Part shown: positions 12,003 through 24,296 of the stretch, piece by piece
Layout of the letters: the number at the start of each line of letters is the position of its first letter
Numbering within the stretch: the stretch's first letter is position 1
Source of the DNA: Chrysemys picta bellii
Lineage: Eukaryota
NCBI RefSeq assembly: GCF_011386835.1
Contig: NC_088791.1
Location: forward strand, 357,120,001 to 357,184,000
Length of the DNA stretch: 64,000 nt
Reading direction: 5' to 3'
Program-made: the position numbers and the translations under genes
The notes under the pieces: model-generated
What the model saw: the letters and a program-made list of their open reading frames with translations, nothing else
What the model was told of the DNA's origin: nothing
Database searches by the model: none

Positions 12003-15000
12003 CATAGAATCATAGAATCATAGAATATCAGGGTTGGAAGGGACCTCAGGAGGTCATCTAGTCCAACCCCCTGCTCAAAGCAGGACCAATTCCTAACTAA
12101 ATCATCCCAGCCAGGGCTTTGTCAAGCCGGGCCTTAAAAACCTCCAAGGAAGGAGACTCTACCACCTCCCTAGGTAATGCATTCCAGTGCTTCACCACCC
12201 TCCTAGTGAAATAGTGTTTCCTAATATCCAACCTAGACCTCCCCCACTGCAACTTGAGACCAATGCTCCTTGTTCTGTCATCTACCACCACTGAGAACAG
12301 TCTAGATCCATCCTCTTTGGAACCCCCCTTCAGGTAGTTGAAGGCTGCTATCAAATCCCCCCCTCATTCTTCTCTTCTGGAGACTAAACAATCCCAGTTC
12401 CCTCAGCCTCTCCTCATAAGTCATGTGCTCCAGCCCCCTAATCATTTTTGTTGCCCTCCGCTGGACTCTCCAATTTTTCCACATCCTTCTTGTAGTGTTG
12501 GGCCCAAAACTGGACACAGTACTCCAGATGAGGCCTCACCAATGTCGAATAAAGGGGAACGATCACGTTCCTCGATCTCCTGGCAATGCCCCTACTTATA
12601 CAACCCAAAATGCCATTAGCCTTCTTGGCAACAAGAGCACACTGTTGACTCATATCCAGCTTCTCCTCCACTGTGACCCGTAGGTCCTTTTCTGCAGAAC
12701 TGCTGCCTAGCCATTCGGTCCCTAGTCTGTAGCAGTGCGTGGGATTCTTCCATCCTAAGTGCAGGACTCTGCACTTGTCCCTGTTGAACCTCATCAGGTT
12801 TTTTTTTGGCCCAATCCTCTAATTTGTCTAGGTCCATCTGTATCCGAACCCTACCCTCTAGTGTATCTACCACGCCTCCTAGTTTAGTGTCATCTGCAAA
12901 CTTGCTGAGAGTGCAGTCCACACCATCTTCCAGATCATTAATAAAGATATTAAACAAAACCGGCCCCAAGACCGACCCTTGGGGTACTCCGCTTGAAACT
13001 GGCTGCCAACTAGACATGGAGCCGTTGATCACTACCCATCGATCCCGACGATCTAGCCAGCTTTCTATCCACCTTACAGTCCATTCATCCAGCCCATACT
13101 TCTTTAACTTGCTTGCAAGAATACTGTGGGAGAGCGTATCAAAAGCTTTGCTAAAGTCAAGGAATAACACATCCACTGCTTTCCCCTCATCCACAGAGCC
13201 AGTTATCTCCTCATATAATGCAATTAGATTAGTCAGGCACGACGTCCCCCTTGTGAATCCATGCTGACTGTTCCTGATCACTTTCCTCTCTTCTAAGTGT
13301 TTCATAATTGATTCCTTGATGACCTGCTCCATGATTTTTCAAGGTACTGAGGTGAGGCTGACTGGTCTGTAGTTCCCTGGATCCTCCTTTTTCCCTTTTT
13401 TAAAGATGGGCACTACGTTAGCCTTTTTCCAGTCATCCAGGACCTCCCCTGATCCCCATGAGTTTTCAAAGATAATGGCCAATGGCTCTGCGATCACATC
13501 CGCCAACTCCTTTAGCACCCTCGGATGCAGTGCATCCGGCCCCATGGACTTGTGCCGATCCAGTTTTTCTAAATAGTCCCGAACCACTTCTTTCTCCACA
13601 GAGGGCTGGTCACCTTCTCCCCATACTGTGCTGCCCAGTGCAGCAGTCTGGGAGCTAACCTTCTTTGTGAAGATAGAGGCAAAAAAATCATTGAGTACAT
13701 TAGCTTTTTGCACATCCTCGGTCACTAGGTTGCCTCCCTCATTCAGTAAGGGGCCCACACTTTCCTTGACTTTCTTCTTGTTGCTAACATACCTGAAGAA
13801 ACCCTTCTTGTTACTCTTAACATCTCTTGCTAGCTGCAACTCCAAGTGTGATTTGGCCTTCCTGATTTCACTCCTGCATGCCTGATCAATATTTTTATAC
13901 TCCTCCCTGGTCATTTGTCCAATCTTCCACTTCTTGTATGCTTCTTTTTTGCATTTAAGATCAGCAAGGATTTCACTGTTTAGCCAAGCTGGTCACCTGC
14001 CATATTTACTATTCTTTCTACACATCAGGATGGTTTGTTCCTGCAACCGCAATTAGGATTCTTTAAAATACAGCCAGCTCTCCTGGACCCCTTTGCCCTT
14101 CATTTTATTCTCCCAGGGGATCCTGCCCATCTATTCCCTGAGGGAGTCAAAGTCTGCTTTTCTGAAGTCCAGGGTCCGTATTCTGCTGCTCTACTTTCTT
14201 CCTTGTGTCAGGATCCTGAACTCGACCTTCTCATGGTCACTGCCTCCCAGATTCCCATCCACTTTTGCTTCCCCTACTAATTCTTCCCTGCTTGTGAGCA
14301 GCAGGTCAAGAAAAGCTCTGCCCCTAGTTGGTTGCTCCAGCACTTGCACCAGGAAATTGTCCCCTACACTTTCCAAAAACTTCCTGGATTGTCTGTGCAC
14401 CGCTGTATTGCTCTCCCAGAAGATATCAGGGTGATTAAAGTCTCCCATGAGAACCAGGGCCTGCGATCTAGCAACTTCTGCTAGTTGCCAGAAGAAAGCC
14501 TCGTCCACCTCATCCCCCTGGTCTGGTGGTCTATAACAGACTCCAACCACGACATCACCCTTGTTGCTCACACTTCTCAACTTTATCCAGAGACTCTCAG
14601 GTTTTTCTGTAGTTTCATACCAGAGCTCTGAGCAGTCATACTCCTCTCTTACATACAACGCAACTCCCCACCTTTTCTGCCCTGCCTGTCCTTCCTGAAC
14701 AGTTTATATCCATCCACGATAGTACTCCAGTCATGTGAGTTATCCCACCAAGTCTCTGTTATTCCAATCACATCATAGTTCCCAGACTGTGCCAGGACTT
14801 CCAGTTCTCCCTGCTTGTTTCCCAGGCTTCTTGCATTTGTGTATAGGCACTTAAGATAACTCATCGATCGTCCCTCTTTCTCAGTATGAGACAGGAGTTC
14901 CTCCCCTTTTGCGCTCTCCTGCTTGTGCTTCCTCCCAGGATCCCATTTCCCCACTTACCTCAGGGCTTTGGTCTCCTTCCCCCGGTGAACCTAGTTTAAA

Positions 15001-15767
15001 GCCCTCCTCACTAGATTAGCCAGCCTGCTTGCAAAGATGCTCTTCCCTCTCTTCGTTAGGTGGAGCCCATCTCTGCCTAGCACTCTTCCTTCTTGGAACA
15101 GCGTACCATGGTCGAAGAATCCAAAGCCTTCTCTCCGACACCACCTGCGTAGCCATTCATTGACTTCCACGATTTGACAGTCACTACCCAGGCCTTTTCC
15201 TTGCACAGGGAGGATGGATGAGAACACCACTTGTGCCTCAAACTCATTTATCCTTCTTCCCAGAGCCACATAGTCTGCAGTGATCTGCTCAAGGTCATTC
15301 TTGGCAGTATCATTGGTGCCCACATGGAGAAGCAGGAAGGAGTAGAGATCCGAGGGCTTGATGAGTCTCGGCAGTCTCTCCATCATATCGTGTATCCTAG
15401 CTCCTGGCAAGCAGCAGACCTCTCGGTTTTCTCGGTCGGGGTGGCAGATAGATGACTCAGTCCCCCTGAGGAGGGAGTCCCCGTCCACCACCACCCTCCT
15501 CCTCCTCTTGGGAGTGGTGGTTGTGGAACCCTCATCCCTAGGACAGTGCATCTTTTGCCTTCCAATCAGTGGAGTCTCCTTCTGCTCCCTTCCCTCAGAT
15601 GGGTCATCTAGTCCACTCTCTGCATTAGAACCTGTAGAGAGAACATGGAAACGATTGCTCACCTGTATCTCCATTGCTGGTACATGGACGCTCCTCTTTC
15701 TCCTTCTGGAGGTCACATGCTGCCAAACTTCTTCACCATCCTTCTGTCCCTGCTGTGCCTGCTGTGA
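12003..15767 (-). mobile_element. Near-full-length CR1 LINE (PsCR1-like), truncated within ORF1, with a frameshifted ORF2
   Basis: (ATTCTATG)3 tail at 12003-12026. ORF2 endonuclease ([25 protein letters not shown]) and RT ([22 protein letters not shown]) are spread over seven ORF pieces. Confidence 0.95.
14991..15716 (-). pseudogene. CR1 ORF1 C-terminal part with an SGNH/GDSL esterase domain
   Basis: Motifs GDSLL, HVGTND and RDGLHL, ending VRRALN immediately before ORF2, as is typical of CR1 ORF1. Confidence 0.85.
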
Positions 15768-17504
15768 ATCCCAGACAAGCTGGGATTAGCTCTGCTTAGC
15801 CTGCTTGATGGCCCATTAAGGACCATCAGCTATACAATGGACCCATTGAGAGAAGGCAAATATGCCTTCAGACTCAGCAAAGTATGCAGGGACTGGCCCA
15901 TGTGACTCCAGACTCCATTTTACTGTAATTTTCCACAGTAAGAACAAAGAGGTGTTCTTACACCTGGAAAAGACTATATAAGGCTGATGCCTCATCTCCT
16001 TTTTGACTTCAGTCCTGCTTCTTACCTCTGGAGGGACTTTGCTACAAACTGAACCTCTGAACAAAGGACTGAGGACCCATCCGAGCTGGGGATGTATTCC
16101 AGAGACTTTATTTGAACCTGCAGTTTATTCTATCACTGCTGCAAGCCTGAACCAAGAACTTTGCCATTACTGTATGTAATTGATTCCGTTTAACCAGTTC
16201 TAACTCTCATCTCTATCTTTTTTCTTTTATCAATAAACCTTTAGATTTTAGATTCTAAAGGATTGGCAGCAGCGTGATTTGTGGGTAAGATCTGATTTGT
16301 ATATTGACCTGGGTCTGGGGCTTGGTCCTTTGGGATCAGGAGAACCTTTTTTCTTGCATTGGGGTATTGGTTTTCATAACCATTTGTCCCCATAACGAGT
16401 GGCACTGGTGGTGATACTGGGAAACTGGAGTGTCTAAGGAAATTGCTTGTGAGACTTGTGGTTAGCCCGTGGGGTGAGACCGAAGTCCTGTTAGTCTGGC
16501 TGGTTTGGTTTGCCTTAGAGGTGGAAAAAACCCAGCCGTGGGCTGTAAGTGCCCTGTTTTAGCAATTTGTCCAGAGTTGACACTCTCAGTTGGGTCTCGA
16601 CAGAACCGCATCGTCACAGATGCATCCCTCCCAGAAGGATTCAGACCATTTTAGTGCATCCCTCTGGACTCCCGCTGCCTTTCAGGTGAGACAGCAGTAT
16701 CTCATTGCCAACAGTGTCAAATAATGCCAAGAGGTCCAGGAGGCTGATCATGGATGTCTGCTCCCCGTCCATGGACAGAAGATCATCCATCAGTGCCTCT
16801 AAAATATGGGAAGTGGATAGCAACTGATACAAATTAGAAGTTTTGAACTATAGAAAATGGCTTAGGGAAGCAAAAAACACTAGAGACTCATACATGGCTG
16901 GCAGGGCTAAGAAAAAAGAGGAAGATTTGCAAGTACATTAGAAACAAAGGAAATCCAAAGAGGCCTGTACTAGATGGAGATGGTCACACTATTAATAATG
17001 ATGCAGAAAGGGCACAAATGTTTTTCAAACCTTTCTGTTCTGTATTAGAAACAAGAAGGATGCTGTACTCATGAACGTGAACTTCTTTGCAGTTCACTGG
17101 TAGCTATGGAGGATGGAAAACAACACCTACTATGGATCAATATTTTTAAATCAGCCGCCCCAGTTATCTCGCACCCAGAGAGTCCTAAACAAGCTGTCTG
17201 CGGAGATCTCTGTCCCGCTAATGTTAATTTTTAATAAATATTAGAACGCCAGGGATATCCCAGAAGACTGACAGAGTGCTAATGTTATGCCTGTTAGCTT
17301 GACATCACTCCTGGGCATAAAAATGGAAAAGTGGATAGGGGATTTAATCAATAACGAATGAAAGGGTGGGACTGCAATTCATGCCTTTATTGGGCAATAA
17401 CAAGTTTGAGTGATAAAGGGAACTGGGGAGATCAAATATACATAGACCATTGCAAGTTTCTTTACCTAGTACCACATGACGTTCAAATTAACAAACTAGC
17501 ACTA

Positions 17505-17600
17505 GACAAAAACAACAAAGAGTCTTGTGCCACCTTAAAGACTAACAAATTGAATAGATCATAAGTTTTCTTGTACTATTGCCCACTCCTTCAGATGAAT
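17505..17600. mobile_element. Decayed Penelope-like terminal repeat fragment
   Basis: AACAACAAAGAGTCTTGTGCCACCTTAAAGACTAAC...CCCACTCCTTCAGATG is similar to the copies at 20738 and 60646. Confidence 0.55.
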
Positions 17601-17654
17601 GGAGTGAAAATTAAAGTAAAAAAAAATGAAGAAGTGAGTCATAGCCCACAAAAG

Positions 17655-20095
17655 GCATCCTCAGAGAGATCATTGACCATCACGATAACCACATGGACGG
17701 TGACTCCACCTTCACATAAGTCCAGGTGGAGGTCGATCGGTAGCAACACTCCCAGTTGAACTGCATTTATCTATCTTGCTTCCACCTGGCACAGGCCCAC
17801 TGCTTCAACATCTGGCCTGCCCCATTTTTGGACCACCATTTGGTGGCCATGATGGCCTCTCTCACCTCTGAGAGGCTGGTGCCAGCCTATTGGCACTTCA
17901 ATAATAGCTTGCTGGAGGACCTGGGCTTCGTGGCATCCTTCTGGGAGTTTTGGCTGGCCTGGCAGGGGCAGCGACATGCCTTTCCCTCAGCGCAGCGGTG
18001 GTGGGATGTGGGGAAAGTACATGTCTGCTGCAACTTCACGGCAGCTGGAGAAGAGATGTGGTGATGGAGCAGTTGGAGTGGGAGGTCATGGAGCTGGAGA
18101 GGCATCTGGCCATCATCCCCAGGGATCCATCCCTTTCACAGTGTGCCAGGAGAAGCGGGAGGAGCTCCGGGCTCTGGAGGATCATTGGGCCCGAGGCGTG
18201 TTTGTCCGATCCCGCGTCCATCTCGTTCAGGAGATGGATCATGGCTCCCGCTTCTTCTACATCCTGGAGAAAGAGAGGAGGGCTAAGAAGCACATCACCT
18301 GCCTTTTGACAGAGGACAGCGCCCCCCTCATGGATCCAGAGGAGATGTGTGGAAGGGTCGGGGCCTTCTATACCAGCCTCTTCTCCACAGATCCGACCAA
18401 TGCCGATGCCTACACAGTGCACTGGTACGAACTCCTGAAGGTCAGTGCAGATGACCAGGACCAGCTGAAGCTGCTTCTCATTCTGTCCGAGTTCTCAGAA
18501 GCCCCTAATAATTCTCCGGGCATGGACAGGCTGACCGTGGAGTTCCACTGCATGTTCTGGGATGTCCTTGGTCCTGACCTTGTCACTGTCTGGGCTGAGT
18601 CAATGGGGAGCAGGTTCCTCCCTCTGTCATACAGGCTTGCTATCGAAGAAAGGGGACCTCTGCAACCTTTGAAACTGGTGACCCAACTCGCTCCTCAGCA
18701 CGAACTACAAAGTCATACCGAAGGCCATCTCACTGTGGCTGGAGTCCGTGCTGCGTATGTGTCCATCCTGACCCGACTTGCACTGTCCTGGGCTGCACCA
18801 TCTTTGATAATTTCTATTTGGTCTGGGACCTTCTGGAGCTTGGGTGTAGGGATGGTCTGTCATTCACCCTCCTGCCCCTGCCGGACCAGGAGAAGGCATT
18901 TGACAGGATGGACCACGGGTATCTCAAGGGCACTCTGTGGGCATTAGTCTTCTGGCCTCAGTTTGTGGGTTTTCTCTAGGTGCTGTATGCCTCCGTGGAG
19001 TGCTTGGACCGTGACCGAACCAGTCAGCTTTGGGCCAGGGATATGTCAGGGGCGTCTGCTGTCACGCCGGCTGTATACTCTGGCAATCAAGAACTTCCTC
19101 TGTCTCCTCCACCAGAGATTGACAGGGTTTGTGCTCCGTGAGCTGGAGTTGTGGCTGGTCCTGTCAGCATACGCCGATGATGTGCTCCTCTTGGCCAAAA
19201 CATAAAAACAGAAGAACGGCCGTACCGGGTCAGACCAAAGGTCCATCTAGCCCAGTATCCTGTCTGCCGACAGTGTCCAATGCCAGGTGCCCCAGAGGGA
19301 GTGAACCTAACAGGTAATGATCAAGTGATCTCTCTCCTGCTATCCATCTCCACCCTCTGACAGACAGAGGTTAGGGACACCATTCCTTACCCATACTGGC
19401 TAATAGCCATTAATGGACTTAACCACCATGAATTTATCCAGTTCTCTTTTAAACGCTGTTATAGTCCTAGCCTTCACAACCTCCTCAGGTAAGGAGTTCC
19501 ACAAGTTGACTGTGCACTGTGTGAAGAAGAACTTCCTTGTATTTGTTTTAAACCTGCTGCCTATTAATTTCATTTGGTGACCCCTAGTTCTTGTATTATG
19601 GGAATAAGTAAATAACTTTTCCTTATCCACTTTCTCCACATCACTCATGATTTTATATACCTCTATCATATCCCCCCTTAGTCTCCTCTTTTCCAAGCTG
19701 AAGAGTCCTAGCCTCTTTCATCTCTCCTCATATGGGACCCATTCCAAACCCTTAATCATTTTAGTTGCCCTTTTCTGAACCTTTTCTAGTTCCAGTATAT
19801 CTTTTATTGAGATGAGGAGACCACATCTGTATGCAGTATTCGAGATGTGGGCGTACCATCGATTTATATAAGGGCAATAACATATCCTCAGTCTTATTCT
19901 CTATCCCCTTTTTAATGGTCCCTAACATCCTGTTTGCTTTTTTGACCACCTCTGCAACCTGGGCAACCTGGGGCAGGTGGAGGCCTGTCAGGCGATCTAC
20001 TCAGCAGCCTCCTCTGCCTGGGTCAACTGGGTCAAGAGCTCTCGCCTGATGGTCGGGCACAGGTGGCAGACGAGCTCCCTCCCACCCACGCGCAC
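17655..20095 (+). mobile_element. Tx1/L1-clade LINE ORF2 fragment, interrupted by a CR1
   Basis: DHHLV..PAYWHFNNSLLED, ARGVFVRSRV..EMDHGSRFF, SPGMDRLTVEF, LSAYADDVLL (YADD at 19170-19181), resuming at 19957 as ...VEACQAIYSAASSAWVNWVKS. Confidence 0.8.
19197..19956 (-). mobile_element. 5'-truncated CR1 LINE inserted in the Tx1 RT
   Basis: Same subfamily as 9656-11062 (AGAACGGCCGTACCGGGTCAGACCAAAGG tail region; [17 protein letters not shown]). Confidence 0.88.
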
Positions 20096-20737
20096 TAGAA
20101 GCGGGTCCACTGCTCTATCTCGGCATTTACCTTTCCACCACTGTAACAAAGCGGCCTTTGGCAGGACACTACTGAGAGTATCAATTCAGGACAAATTGCT
20201 TAGAGCAGGGCAGTCACAGCCCAAGGCTGGGGTTCCTCCACTACTGAGGCACACCAAACCAGCCAAAAAGAGAAGACTTCGGTCTCATCCCACTGTCTAA
20301 CCAGAAGTCATACAAGCAATTTCCTCAGACACACCAGTTTCCCAGTATCACCACCAGCACCACTCCTTATGGGGATGAATGATTATGAAAACCAATAGCC
20401 CAGTAAAAGAAAAATGATTCTCCCAATCCCAAAGGACCAAGCCCCAGACTCAGGTCAATATACCAGTCATATCTTACTCACAAATCATGCTGTTGCCAGT
20501 CCTTTAGAATCCAAAATCTAAAGGTTTATTCATAAAAAGGACGAAATATAGATGAGAAATATAAATTGGCTTGTTGGGATTACAGCTGATTCAAACCAAT
20601 CAAGTCTCTGGAGTACAAACATCCCAGCATGTTTGGGTCATTCAGTCCTTTGTTCAGAGCTCCAGTTTCAAGCACAGTTCTCCAGAGGCCAGAAGAAAAC
20701 CCCTTTGTTCTTACTGTGGAAAATCACATCACACATA

Positions 20738-20950
20738 CAAGTATCAGAGGGGTAGCCGTGTTAGTCTGAATCTGTAAAAAGCAACAGAGGGTCCTGTGGC
20801 ATCTTTAAGACTAACAGAAGCATTGGGAGCATAAGCTTTTGTGAGTAAGAACCTCACTTGCATCTGAAGAAGTGAGGTTCTTACCCACGAAAGCTTATGC
20901 TACCAATACTTCTGTTAGTCTTAAAGGTGCCACAGGACCCTCTGTTGCTT
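20738..20950. mobile_element. Penelope-like element terminus forming an 81-bp-arm hairpin
   Basis: Arms 20779-20859 and 20870-20950 are inverted repeats with 5 mismatches and a 10-nt loop. It starts CAAGTATCAGAGGGGTAGCCGTGTTAGTCTG and is flanked by ACATA(CA) on both sides. Confidence 0.8.
20860..20900 (+). ncRNA. Candidate minimal type I hammerhead ribozyme motif
   Basis: GCAU-CUGAAGA-AGUGAGGUUCUUACCCAC-GAAA-GCUU-AUGC: helix I GCAU/AUGC, core CUGANGA and GAAA, helix II GUG/CAC, palindromic AGCU helix III. Confidence 0.6.
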
Positions 20951-22253
20951 ACATACAGACAGCATAATCATAACCAGCAAATTACAACCTTTCCATAGAC
21001 ACCTTACTTGATCTACTTTGTACAAGATTTAGTGCAATTATGTTGCAACAATGATCTATATGGTCCCAGTTCATGTCAATAACGTAACAGACACACATCC
21101 TTCTTTGGTAGGATTTGGAGGCCAGGGTGGGTGAGTGGCTGGGGAGATAGACAGGACTACTCCAGTGACTTTCCCTTGCTCTGGTACCGGTTCAATATCC
21201 TGAGCCCAGCCCCAGGGATCCTGGCCCAGCTCCACAGGGTTGCTCTGGAGTTCTTCGGGCCAGGACTTCACTGGGACTCTGCATAGGTTCTGAGTCTTTT
21301 TTGACTGCTGCTGCACATTGAGTGGATGTTTTCAGAGAACTATTCACAATGACTCTAAGATCTCTTTCTTGAGTGGTAACAGCTAATTTAGACCCTATGA
21401 TTTCATATGTATAGTCGGGATTGTTTTCCAATGTGCATTAATTTCTCCTAACCACCCTGGAACATACACTGGGATTTGGTCAGAGCCCTGCAGGGTATCT
21501 AGGGACCACCTCCTGCAATTCATGTCTTTTCCTCCACCTTGAGTCTGTCTCTCTGCTGCAGCCACAGCCCTGCAACCAAAGAGACCCCTCTGCCACCCTT
21601 GTGCCTCTCTCTCTCTCCTGTCCCATCTAGTCTCTGTGTTTTTAAAGGGCTGAACCAACACTTTTTCTCTCTGTCCCCTCTTCTGGCACAAAATGTCAGA
21701 ACATGTTAGTATTAGAGCTGAGTGGGTCTAATATTTATTTTATTTCCTTTTTTATACACGAGAATTAGATACAGAGCTCCTGTCAGCTAGCTGCTAAGTT
21801 ATCTGCCAAAAACCTGGAGTTTTCAAGACCTTAAGTAGCCTTTGGAATCACGGTTAAAGTTGACACCTCTACCAAAATCTGAAAATGCTCCCTTGTAGCT
21901 GGGGTCAGGGGAGAGGGGTAGAACTAATTCAGCAAGAGACAGGGGGAGGGGAATAGAGGCCTTGGGGGGGGGGGGGAAGAAGTAAAGCAGGGTTGGAGCC
22001 TTGGCAGAAAAGGTGGGGCAAAGGGTGAGGTTTTGGGTGTCCAGATACCAGCAATTAGAAATGTGGCAACCCACTGAATTGTCCATAGACCTATTCTCAG
22101 TTTGTCATGCTGACACAGCACAGTAAGGTCTGGAAAGGATTTAATGTCTTTTTGACTGTCCGGTAAGTGATCCAGGGATGAGGGCCCAGCACCATCTCAC
22201 CAGCCAGCTCTGCACAGAGTTCAGTCTGAGAGCCAGAGCAACAGGAGAAAACT

Positions 22254-23201
22254 TTAGGTCCCTTTATGACTAAGTAGCCGGAGCAGCCTGTCCCGGATCT
22301 GTTTGGTCCTCACCCCATAGATGATGGGGTGTAGCACGGGGGGCACGAGAAGGTTCGCGTTGGCCATGAGAATGTGGAAATGGAGGGCCACATTGTAGCC
22401 AAACCGGTGCATGAGGGAGGAGAAAAGAACGGGGATGTAAGAGGCTAAAATGACAAACAGGTGGGACCCGCAGGTCTCAAAAGTCTTGAGCTGGGCATCC
22501 TTTGTGGGGAGACTGAAAATGGCCCTGAGGATCTGGATATAGGACACAGCAATAAAAAACAAATCCAGACCAGTCACCATGAATCCCACAATGAGGCCGT
22601 AGTAACTACTGACACGGGTGTCGGCGCAGGCCAGTTTCACCACAGCCATGTGTTCGCAGTACGAGTGGGCGATGATGTTGATTCTACAATATGGCCACTG
22701 CCTTGCCAGGAAGGGATAGGGCAGTATTAGCATTATTCCACGCAGCACCATTACCAGGCCAATCTTGGCCACCACGGGGTTTGTCAGGATGGTGGAATGT
22801 CTCAGGGGATCGCAGATGGCCACATAGCGATCCAAAGCCATGGCCACCAAGATGCCAGAGTCCATCACTAAGAAGCAGTAAATGAAGTACATCTGGGTGA
22901 GGCAGGCATTGAAATCGATCTCCCTGGAATTGAACCAGAAGATGCTCAGCATTTTCGGTAGGATGGATGTAGACAGGACCAGGTCACTGACGGCCAGCAT
23001 GCAGAGGAAATAGTACATGGGCCCATGGAGGCTTGGCTCCCTCTTCACAATGAATAGGATGGTGAAGTTCCCCAAGACGGCTATGGCGTACATGGTGCAG
23101 AAGGGGATGGAAATCCAGACATGGGCCATCTCCAGGCCAGGAATGCCCAGCAGGATGAAGGTGGAGGGGTTGGTGAAGTTGGTTTTGTTGGAATCTGACA
23201 T
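22254..23201 (-). CDS. Class I olfactory receptor, OR52-like (unit B), 315 aa (332 aa from the upstream in-frame ATG at 23252)
   Basis: Uninterrupted ORF with LHGPMYYFL, MALDRYVAICDPLRH, HSYCEHMAVVKLAC, TCGSHL, HRFG and PVLHPIIYGVRTKQI. Confidence 0.93.
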   Translation of the reverse strand: MSDSNKTNFTNPSTFILLGIPGLEMAHVWISIPFCTMYAIAVLGNFTILFIVKREPSLHGPMYYFLCMLAVSDLVLSTSILPKMLSIFWFNSREIDFNACLTQMYFIYCFLVMDSGILVAMALDRYVAICDPLRHSTILTNPVVAKIGLVMVLRGIMLILPYPFLARQWPYCRINIIAHSYCEHMAVVKLACADTRVSSYYGLIVGFMVTGLDLFFIAVSYIQILRAIFSLPTKDAQLKTFETCGSHLFVILASYIPVLFSSLMHRFGYNVALHFHILMANANLLVPPVLHPIIYGVRTKQIRDRLLRLLSHKGT

Positions 23202-24296
23202 GGAGTAGGGGAGAAGTTGTCCAACTCTGAGGTAGAATGGTGTCTCCAGCATATACTGTACTCAGCCCTGACTTCCTGTATGTGCCCAGGCTCTAGGGTG
23301 ATGGTCACAGTACAAATGCCTGGATGAAGAGACAATATTCATATGAGACACTACGTGCACTACTGGAGGCTGTTCTCATGGGTGAAGCAGATTGGTCGCT
23401 CTTCACAAACTGAAAAATTACATTTTTGTTATTCAGATATTGTTATGAACAACTGGCCCTACTAATGCCGATTCCATATTTGATGGTGCTCCATGTGTCA
23501 ATAATTCTACATGTTGCGGTGTGGAAAATGTTTATAGGCACCAGCAGGAAACATGAGTGTGGACACTGGTTATCCATCATTGTTCCTTAATGTAATGCAA
23601 GCTAGTCTAGGGAGTCCATGCTGTAGGGAGTTTCCCATTCACCCGATTGCTCAAAATCTGAGAATTAAAAAAAAAAAAAAAACCTTTACCAAGACATGTG
23701 CCAGGGAGAAACATCCCAACCAAAACACACCTCAGGGAAAAGACTTGGGTGTCAATGATAGCAGGTCAACAAAACACCTGCTTTTTTGCAGTAGTGGCCA
23801 AATCAAATACAATATTTGGATGCCTAAGAAATGGGATGGAGAATAACCTGCTCTGGATATGTGCTCAGTTTTGGTCAGCCAGTCTCTAAAAAGGATACAG
23901 CATTATAAAGGGGATTTCTGAGACGGGCTCTGAGAATGGGGAAGGCTCCCATACGCAGACAGACTGAAAATCTGGGACTGTTTAGTTTAGAGAAGAGACA
24001 AAAATGGGGGTATATGATAGAGGAGAGGAATATAAAGAATACAACTGATTACATTCAATTAGACAAACAGAGAACCATTCCCAACCAGTAATACCTATAG
24101 ATACTTAGTGCTTCAAAAGGACTAATTTCCCAAAGGTTAAGAAAATTATCAAGAAAACTGACTAGGAGGAAAATATTAGAAAGGAAAATGGGAATGAAAA
24201 TTGGGAGTTCTTTACTCTTTGTTGCTTTTTACAGATCCAGACTAACACGGTTAGCTAAAAAGTCACGATACCGCAGTCAAGGAAGTGGAGAACTTT

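Larger units (their letters stand above)
11770..16618 (+). mobile_element. Solo LTR (~1.1 kb) interrupted by a CR1
   Basis: Perfect terminal inverted repeats TGTGACG...CGTCACA, 5-bp TSD GATGC (11765-11769 and 16619-16623), AATAAA at 16232. Confidence 0.85.
11100..16860 (-). mobile_element. Old L2-clade LINE split by a solo LTR (pieces ~11100-11769 and 16619-16860)
   Basis: Translations DDLLSMDGEQTSMISLLDLLALFDTVGNEILL (16641-16832) and NSLLKLNPSKTEVMLV (11419-11715) are L2-type RT motifs. A paralogous piece lies at ~49900-50530. Confidence 0.65.
20142..21089 (-). mobile_element. Solo LTR of the same family as 11770-16618, opposite orientation
   Basis: Right end GTCAATAACGTAACA is the reverse complement of TGTGACGTTATTGAC, and interior blocks match. 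The TSD is decayed (ACCAC / GACAC). Confidence 0.75.

Noticed and set aside
12806-13885. Plus-strand ORFs 12806-13267 and 13628-13885 (and similar ones at 15358, 37370, 38324)
   Set aside because: Antisense shadows of CR1 ORFs with no independent protein features.
20779-20950. Long hairpin as a miRNA precursor or CRISPR-like repeat
   Set aside because: Explained by inverted Penelope terminal repeats; there is no repeat-spacer array and the DNA is eukaryotic.
21960-21980. Poly-G run as a G-quadruplex in the OR B 3' region
   Set aside because: Not conserved in the unit C paralogue; simple homopolymer expansion.
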